29,010 bases of DNA. It comes from a virus (Duplodnaviria; Caudoviricetes). The translations under genes and the position numbers were made by a program. Positions within the stretch are counted from its first letter, which is position 1. Each line of letters opens with the position of its first letter. The stretch is taken from IMG/VR virus record IMGVR_UViG_3300012663_000053, positions 1-29,010 of that record; one strand, written 5' to 3'. Positions 23,315-29,010 of this stretch are shown piece by piece. The notes below the pieces were generated by a model that did not search any database, was not told the DNA's origin, and worked only from the letters and a program-made list of their open reading frames with translations.

Positions 23315-26300
23315 ATGCGTATTTACCGAGTGCAAGGGCCTGATGGCCGTATATATAGACTCGAAGGCCCAGAAGGTGCAACGCAAGCTCAGGTGTTTAG
23401 CGCACTGCAAGAGCAGCTTGCCGCCCAACCAATTCGTCCTGACCGTACCTTAACGGAAGCCTTAACCGGAGGGGCGTCAAGGGGGTTTGAGCGCCTTAAA
23501 TCTACCGTAACGGATGTAATTCCCGGTATGGCTGCGTCTGCTCTTGGGTTTGACGAATACGCTAAACAACAAATGGCTGAAGCTGCGGAATCGCAACGCA
23601 GAATACAGGAAACTAACCCTGCTGAATTCCAATCCTATAAACAAGTAGATAGTCCTTACTCCGCACTAAAATATGCTGCGGAAACTATTGGTGAAACCTC
23701 CCCTGATATTGCTGCATCTTTACTGCCCGGCGGAATTGGTGGGGTTCTTGGTCGACGTGCTGCGTTAAGTGGTGCAAGAGCAGTTGGTCCTTTACTCCCT
23801 GCGGTTGAAGCCGCTGCTGGCGCTACTGGTGCTGCACGTGGGCAAGCAGTTGGTATATATTTAGGTTCCTACGCTCAGAATGCGCCGGAAGTATTCCAAA
23901 GTATTTACCAAGAAACGGGGCAATTAGAGCCCGGGGTTGCTGCCTTATTTGGCTCCGCTAGCGCCGCACTAGACTCCATATTACCTGCGCAATTACTGCG
24001 TAGTATGTCTGCCCCAGTTAAGGTTGGCATCGTTGAGAAGATTTTGGAACGCTCTGGTATGGAGCCAAGTCTTCTACGTAAAGTTATTTCCCAGATGCCC
24101 GGCAGTGCTGCTAAAGAGGGTTTGACTGAGGGTAGCCAAGAAGCTATTAACATAGCCGCTGAAAAGTTCGTCAGCGAGAACGCGTCTTTGTGGGGTAGTA
24201 AAGAGTGGGAACGGATGATCGAGTCTGGCGTCCGTGGTGCTGTTGCTGGTGGTGCATTTGGTACCGTTGGGTCAGTAGCTGAACGTAGTCAGGAACGTGG
24301 AGAAGAAACACGCCAAGCCCAAGCCGCTGCTGACCAAGCAGAGCAAGCACGGATAGCGGCATTACCTCCAGAGCCCCCAGCCCCTCCTCCACCAGCGCCT
24401 CCCGGTGCGCCTGAATCTTATGCTTTGGCTGTGCAAGAGATGGAGCGGTTAAAGCAAGAGCCAGCTACCCCAGAGAATAAAGCTCGCATCGCTGAGTTAC
24501 AAGACTACACGCGCCAAACCACGATGGACCGTATAACTGCGGCACGTGAGCCCCTTACTGATGAATCTAAAGCTCTTCGTGAGCAGATGGTTAGTGGAGC
24601 CCCCGTACAAGGTGCGTTCCGCGAAATGGAAGATTTACCTACTCGTGAAATTCCTGTAGCGCCGTCGGCTAGCCCTGATGTGCAAGAGATACTAAACCAA
24701 CGAACTTATATAGCAAATCAAATTGAGGCGCGTAAATCTGGTGCAGAAGCCCGCCCAGTTGCTCTTGGAAACACTGTTTTAAATACAGATAAAGAATTAC
24801 AAGACGCATACAACGCACTTACTACTCGCGCTAATACAGAGATGGAGCAACAGGGTAAAACAGCTCCTACTATACTAACTCCTGAAGTATTGGACAGTAC
24901 TGGGTTGCCTAGGCAATCTGGGTTCTATAAGAAGCTCGTCAATAAGAACTTGATGACGTTTCCTGAACTCGATGAAGTCCAACAAATTCTGGCCGAAGTA
25001 CGCGCTAATAAAAACTTATCCGAAGCTACTAAAAGCGCTTTAGAAAACATTGCTGGGCAAACGTTTAATGTTTATGGGCAGCAAGCAGAAATGTTTGGCC
25101 CCCGTGGGGCTATCGCTGCTGGTGTTGAAGAAGCTGCGCCTCCTAAACCTACGGCTGCGGCGCTTCGTATTGCTAGCCTTGTTAAAGATAAAGACTTAAA
25201 TGACCCAGCGGTTGTAGCTACAATTAGGGATAAGCTGACCGACTACGCTAATGCCCCAACACGCACGCCGCAAGCTATCGACGAAGTCCAAGCGTTCTTA
25301 GAAACACTCCCTGCACCTACGGAGGTTGCTGATGTCCCTGCCGCTGTTAAACCTACAGAACCTGTCGTTGCAGCAAATAAGCGCCGCACTAAATTGGTTG
25401 ACGACCGAGGAGATATACCCGCCGTTAAGCCTGAAGCACCTGTCACCGCTGGATTGGGCGATACTGGAGCAGGTACTGGAGACCTTAATGTGGGAGAGGA
25501 AGTACAACCAACTCCACTAGAGGAAGCACCGGAAATCAAGACAGCAAAAGGTTTACTCAGTGCTATTGACAAAGGCGGCGTCCCACTTAGTACGGCAAAG
25601 TTAAATAATGTTGCTAGGGATATTGGGTTAGATGTAAGCAAAAGTGCCAAACCTGAAGAAACTATCCGCCGGATAAGAGACGCTGTTAAACGCGGATCAA
25701 ATAAACCAGAACCAAAAGCTGCGCCTAAAACAAAAGCTGCAAAAGCGCCAACTTCTGAAGAAACTTCTGTGCCTGAAGGCAAACTAGATTTTAGAGACGC
25801 TATTGGCCGGCTAGTATTTGGTGGCGTTAAACGTGCAGAAGCTACTGAGTATGTAAATAATATATCCGATACGTTTGGCAATGTAGATATTGCTGATGTC
25901 GAAGCCCGACTTACGAAAGTAAATGGTAAGGCCAAGTATCGTGAAGGTGCTGCCGGCAAACGCGGTATGTCTAAAGCGGAAGTGCAGGAGATTGCAAATA
26001 ACGTTAAGGCTACTTGGAAGAACGCCCCAACTACAGTCGTAGTGCAGTCAGTGTCTGATTTGCCTGAAGCGTTACGTGAACAGATAATTAGGGATAAAGT
26101 TAACCCGCCTGGCGCGTATGACCCTAACAATAAGACTGTGTATTTAATTGCGGATAACATCGTCAACGATAAAGATGCAATCCTGACTCAAGTGCATGAG
26201 TCGCTTGGGCATTTTGGTATTCAGTCAATCTTAGGCGATACCTACGAATCAGTAATGGATGAGATTTACGCCGGCAACGCTACTGTGCGTAGGCTGGCTA

Positions 26301-29010
26301 ACGCGAAGATGGCAGGGAAGTTGGATAAGCATACTTCTGTAGAAGAAGTACTAGCTGAGATGGCTGAGAAGGGCATCTACAACACCGCTATGCAACGTAT
26401 CTTTAACGCTATTCGTCAGTTCTTGCGTAAGCTTGGCGTGCCTATGAGTAAGGTAACGGATACTGAAGTCCGTGAGTTACTAGCTAACGCCCAAAGGTTT
26501 GTATACGCAGGTGGTCCGACACGTGAAGGGGTTACTGCCTTTAAAGGTAAGCCACTATACAGAGGCGATGCGTTCAATCGGTGGTTTGGTAATTCCGTCG
26601 TGCGTAATAAAGACGGTTCGCCTAAAGTTATGTACCACGGCACGGCACGAGACATTACTGAGTTCAAAGCTAAACAAGCTGGCGCTATCTTTGTAACAGA
26701 TGACCCAAGAGTAGCGGAAGCATTTTCCCGTTTATCTGAATCGTGGATGGTGGAAAATTTAAATAAAGTACTTAACCCAGATGAAGTAACTGCCCTTAAA
26801 AAAGAAGCCGCTGTTATCGCAAAAAAGACAGCCAAAGAATCGGGTGGCGTAGCAGAAGACTACGAAGAAGGTGAATTTATACGTTTGGCTATGGACAAAA
26901 TGCCTTCCTACGCCAACATCATCCCGGTGTACGTCAGCGCACAAAAACCGTTTGACTACGAAAACCCAGAACATATTGCAGAACTCTCTAAGCAAATATC
27001 GCTTATGGGGGAAGATCGTGCGGATGTAATGCGTGGTAGTTGGGGCGCTATTGAATCCCCCCGCGTTCAAGACGCTATTAAAGCTGCTGGCTTTGATGGG
27101 TTTTATATGTACGAAGGTCGCCACAAAAATCTTGCTGTGTATGAGCCATCGCAGATTAAGTCTGTGTTTAATCGAGGCACATACGACCCTGCCGATAAGC
27201 GCATTCTGTACCGTACCAATATAAATAGCGTTGGGTCTACTACCCTTACTCAGCCGCCATATTCCAATAAGTATATGGAAGACGCTAAGAACGCCGCGTC
27301 TAAACTGCCGGGGTCATTGCAAGAAGCGTTCCTTGGTTTCTGGACGTTGCCACAACTTTCCCAAACTTATGGTAAAGAACTCCCATCGTTAAGTGTATTA
27401 GATAAGTCCTTGGGGCAACGTGCTTCTACTCTAGCTACTCGTCGGGAAAAGATCGCTAAGAACATCGACACTTGGTATAAGGTGGCTAACAAGCATAAAG
27501 CACTGCTGCCAAAGTTCTTTGATATTGCTAACGAGACGACCATTACTCAAGTAGACCCACTTGACCCAGCTAATGCTAATCTGCCACTCACTAAACAGTT
27601 TAAGCAGCTACCGCAAGCTTTGCAAGACGTATATAAAGGTTTACGCAAAGAGTACGACAACTACTCTAAGGCTTTCTTAGACGAGCTTACAAAGAACCTA
27701 TCAGGTACCGCTGCTAGTAAGATGCGCGCAGAGTTTGAATCGCAGCGCTTAAAAGTTTACTTGCCGTTACGTCGTTTCGGTGAGTACTGGGCAACATACA
27801 AAGACAAGAGTGGTGAGCGTGTATCCGTTGCGTTTGATAGCCCACGTGAGCGTAACATTGCTATGGAAGCTGCTAAAAAAGATGGGGGTACCGACTTCCT
27901 TGAGCATGCCCGTCTTTCGCAGATTAATTATAGGCAAGCCCCACCGACAGGTTTTATGGGTAGGGTTGTGCTGCAACTCAAGCAAGCTAAAGTATCTGAT
28001 GAAGTTATCAACGGGGTATATCAGTCTTATATGACGTTGTTCCCTGCTGAGTCCTTACGCCAACAGTTCCGCCCACGTAAAGGCACGTTGGGTTATGAAG
28101 CTGATGTATTCCAAGCATACGCTGATGTAGCTGGCAAGATGGCTAATCAGTTAACCAATATGGAATACGCCAAGGACATTGACGCTGCGGTTAGCGGGAT
28201 TCGTACTGAAGCTACAGACACACCCTCAACTGCTATTAAGAACGTAGTTGCTAACGTGGACAAGCAGATAGATTTTATCCACAACCCGGTCAACAATCGT
28301 TTAGCCAGAGACGCAAGTTACGCTAGTTACCTTATGTATATTGCCGGTAACATCTCTTCGGCCCTCGTTAACTTGACGCAGTTACCTATTGTTGTCTACC
28401 CAATGCTCGCAGGTAAGTATGGAGTAAGTGCAACGACGGCTGCCATGCAGCAGGCTACGTCTATGTATTTCAAGGGCGGTAAAGACACAAATAGTACTTT
28501 CCTTCCCGACCATACTTTTGGCGCTAATGCTAAAGGTGTGTACAAACGTCTATACGATGAAGCGGTTAGCCGTTCTATTATCCGTAGGTCAACAGGCTAT
28601 GAAATTACAGAAGCGCGTAAGAGCAAAGTCGACAGCTATACAGGGTTACGCGCAAAGGTAGAGCATGGTCTGGGTTGGATATTCCAAAACTCGGAACGTG
28701 CTAACCGTGAGATCACACTTATTGCCGCATTTGATTTGGCTAGGTCTAAGGGTAAGTCTATTGAGCAGGCTATTGAAGAAGCCATTAGCTTAGTCAACGA
28801 TGCGCACGGTGCGGCTCTTGCGGAAACTGGGCCACGTTTCTTCCAAACAGGTATTGGCAAGGTTGCGTTTACTTTTAAACGATTTGCGCAATCCCAAATA
28901 TATTTGCTGGGTCGTTTGTTTAATGACGCGTTCCGTGGCGCAGATCAAGTTACTAGAGATACAGCGCGTAAGCAACTGCTTGGTATATACGCTATGTCGT
29001 ACATGTTTGC
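23315..29010 (+). CDS. Giant polyvalent-type internal virion protein (>1898 aa, 3'-truncated by the window), not in the ORF track
   Basis: Manual translation from ATG 23315 (MRIYRVQGPDGRIYRLEGPEGAT...) has no stop to the window end. Contains EGLTEGSQE (about 24116-24142), HESLGH, YHGT, YLPLRRFG, NISSALVNLTQ and SERANRE motifs. Confidence 0.93.
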   Translation, partial: MRIYRVQGPDGRIYRLEGPEGATQAQVFSALQEQLAAQPIRPDRTLTEALTGGASRGFERLKSTVTDVIPGMAASALGFDEYAKQQMAEAAESQRRIQETNPAEFQSYKQVDSPYSALKYAAETIGETSPDIAASLLPGGIGGVLGRRAALSGARAVGPLLPAVEAAAGATGAARGQAVGIYLGSYAQNAPEVFQSIYQETGQLEPGVAALFGSASAALDSILPAQLLRSMSAPVKVGIVEKILERSGMEPSLLRKVISQMPGSAAKEGLTEGSQEAINIAAEKFVSENASLWGSKEWERMIESGVRGAVAGGAFGTVGSVAERSQERGEETRQAQAAADQAEQARIAALPPEPPAPPPPAPPGAPESYALAVQEMERLKQEPATPENKARIAELQDYTRQTTMDRITAAREPLTDESKALREQMVSGAPVQGAFREMEDLPTREIPVAPSASPDVQEILNQRTYIANQIEARKSGAEARPVALGNTVLNTDKELQDAYNALTTRANTEMEQQGKTAPTILTPEVLDSTGLPRQSGFYKKLVNKNLMTFPELDEVQQILAEVRANKNLSEATKSALENIAGQTFNVYGQQAEMFGPRGAIAAGVEEAAPPKPTAAALRIASLVKDKDLNDPAVVATIRDKLTDYANAPTRTPQAIDEVQAFLETLPAPTEVADVPAAVKPTEPVVAANKRRTKLVDDRGDIPAVKPEAPVTAGLGDTGAGTGDLNVGEEVQPTPLEEAPEIKTAKGLLSAIDKGGVPLSTAKLNNVARDIGLDVSKSAKPEETIRRIRDAVKRGSNKPEPKAAPKTKAAKAPTSEETSVPEGKLDFRDAIGRLVFGGVKRAEATEYVNNISDTFGNVDIADVEARLTKVNGKAKYREGAAGKRGMSKAEVQEIANNVKATWKNAPTTVVVQSVSDLPEALREQIIRDKVNPPGAYDPNNKTVYLIADNIVNDKDAILTQVHESLGHFGIQSILGDTYESVMDEIYAGNATVRRLANAKMAGKLDKHTSVEEVLAEMAEKGIYNTAMQRIFNAIRQFLRKLGVPMSKVTDTEVRELLANAQRFVYAGGPTREGVTAFKGKPLYRGDAFNRWFGNSVVRNKDGSPKVMYHGTARDITEFKAKQAGAIFVTDDPRVAEAFSRLSESWMVENLNKVLNPDEVTALKKEAAVIAKKTAKESGGVAEDYEEGEFIRLAMDKMPSYANIIPVYVSAQKPFDYENPEHIAELSKQISLMGEDRADVMRGSWGAIESPRVQDAIKAAGFDGFYMYEGRHKNLAVYEPSQIKSVFNRGTYDPADKRILYRTNINSVGSTTLTQPPYSNKYMEDAKNAASKLPGSLQEAFLGFWTLPQLSQTYGKELPSLSVLDKSLGQRASTLATRREKIAKNIDTWYKVANKHKALLPKFFDIANETTITQVDPLDPANANLPLTKQFKQLPQALQDVYKGLRKEYDNYSKAFLDELTKNLSGTAASKMRAEFESQRLKVYLPLRRFGEYWATYKDKSGERVSVAFDSPRERNIAMEAAKKDGGTDFLEHARLSQINYRQAPPTGFMGRVVLQLKQAKVSDEVINGVYQSYMTLFPAESLRQQFRPRKGTLGYEADVFQAYADVAGKMANQLTNMEYAKDIDAAVSGIRTEATDTPSTAIKNVVANVDKQIDFIHNPVNNRLARDASYASYLMYIAGNISSALVNLTQLPIVVYPMLAGKYGVSATTAAMQQATSMYFKGGKDTNSTFLPDHTFGANAKGVYKRLYDEAVSRSIIRRSTGYEITEARKSKVDSYTGLRAKVEHGLGWIFQNSERANREITLIAAFDLARSKGKSIEQAIEEAISLVNDAHGAALAETGPRFFQTGIGKVAFTFKRFAQSQIYLLGRLFNDAFRGADQVTRDTARKQLLGIYAMSYMF
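25940..26510 (+). other. Zincin-like metallopeptidase domain within the giant protein
   Basis: GAYD...VYLIADN, HESLGHFG (His at 26195 and 26210, HExxxH spacing) and downstream VEEVLAEMAE supplying a candidate third ligand. Confidence 0.7.
26564..27205 (+). other. ADP-ribosyltransferase-like domain (ART-PolyVal-type) within the giant protein
   Basis: FNRWFGNSVVRNKDGSPKVMYHGT (YHGT at 26633-26644), GAIFVT, IIPVYV..QKPFD, AGFDG and AVYEPSQIKSVFNRGTYDP. Confidence 0.8.
27215..29010 (+). other. PLxRFG-type C-terminal helical region of the giant protein
   Basis: YLPLRRFGEYW at 27758-27790, RKGTLGY, SSALVNLTQ, E..NR...IAAFDLA and PRFF...FTFKRF. Confidence 0.7.

Larger units (their letters stand above)
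1..29010 (+). mobile_element. Tailed bacteriophage (Caudoviricetes, podovirus-like) structural and lysis gene region
   Basis: Single-strand, gap-free gene array containing tail fibres (one with an S74 chaperone), holin plus GH24 lysozyme, adaptor/nozzle-like proteins and large internal virion proteins. No cellular housekeeping gene is present. No sheath, baseplate or classical tape measure gene was recognised in the window. Free phage versus prophage cannot be decided here. Confidence 0.95.

Noticed and set aside
25243-26166. 307-aa minus-strand ORF, and other minus-strand ORFs such as 19815-20471, 12006-12536 and 26416-26835
   Set aside because: They lie antisense to well-supported + strand genes, have no recognisable motifs, and are explained as shadows of the sense-strand codon pattern.
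23304-29010. Apparent gene-poor region in the ORF track, suggesting non-coding DNA, a pseudogene or a recoded genome
   Set aside because: Manual translation shows one uninterrupted frame from 23315 that simply lacks a stop inside the window. TAA, TGA and TAG all end genes at sensible boundaries elsewhere, so there is no sign of stop-codon reassignment.
1-29010. tRNA genes, promoters and intrinsic terminators
   Set aside because: Intergenic gaps are about 20 nt or less. I saw no convincing cloverleaf, hairpin plus U-tract or repeated promoter motif by eye; a dedicated scan was not possible.

Overview
The whole window is the late (virion morphogenesis and lysis) operon of a tailed dsDNA bacteriophage with a podovirus-like layout. 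It holds about 33 tightly packed, often translationally coupled genes, all on the + strand, in the standard genetic code. Order: small basic, Lys-rich head-region genes (1-3707, interleaved with an adaptor-like gene and a Zn-finger gene); a second adaptor and small structural proteins (3711-5586); a fibre/receptor-binding block (acidic 20-aa-repeat protein, tail fibre, triple-LamG protein, Gly-rich protein and partner, fibre with C-terminal S74-type chaperone; 5606-13587); a lysis cassette (membrane proteins, holin, small lipoprotein, GH24 lysozyme; 13597-15545); a nozzle-like protein (15549-17411); and probable internal/ejected proteins. The last gene (23315 to the window end, >1898 codons) is missing from the supplied ORF track because it has no stop in the window. 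It is a large polyvalent-type protein with a zincin-like HExxxH domain, a divergent ADP-ribosyltransferase-like domain and a PLxRFG region. Most interesting signals: (1) a [Y/F/M]xxGGx[V/I] motif recurring about 13 times across six probable capsid-internal proteins, a candidate processing or targeting code; (2) five S-layer-like (DUF4214-type) repeats bracketed by those motifs in a 972-aa ejection protein; (3) the effector domains of the giant protein, each bounded by an xYR linker. All family assignments come from motif recognition by eye; no searches were run.
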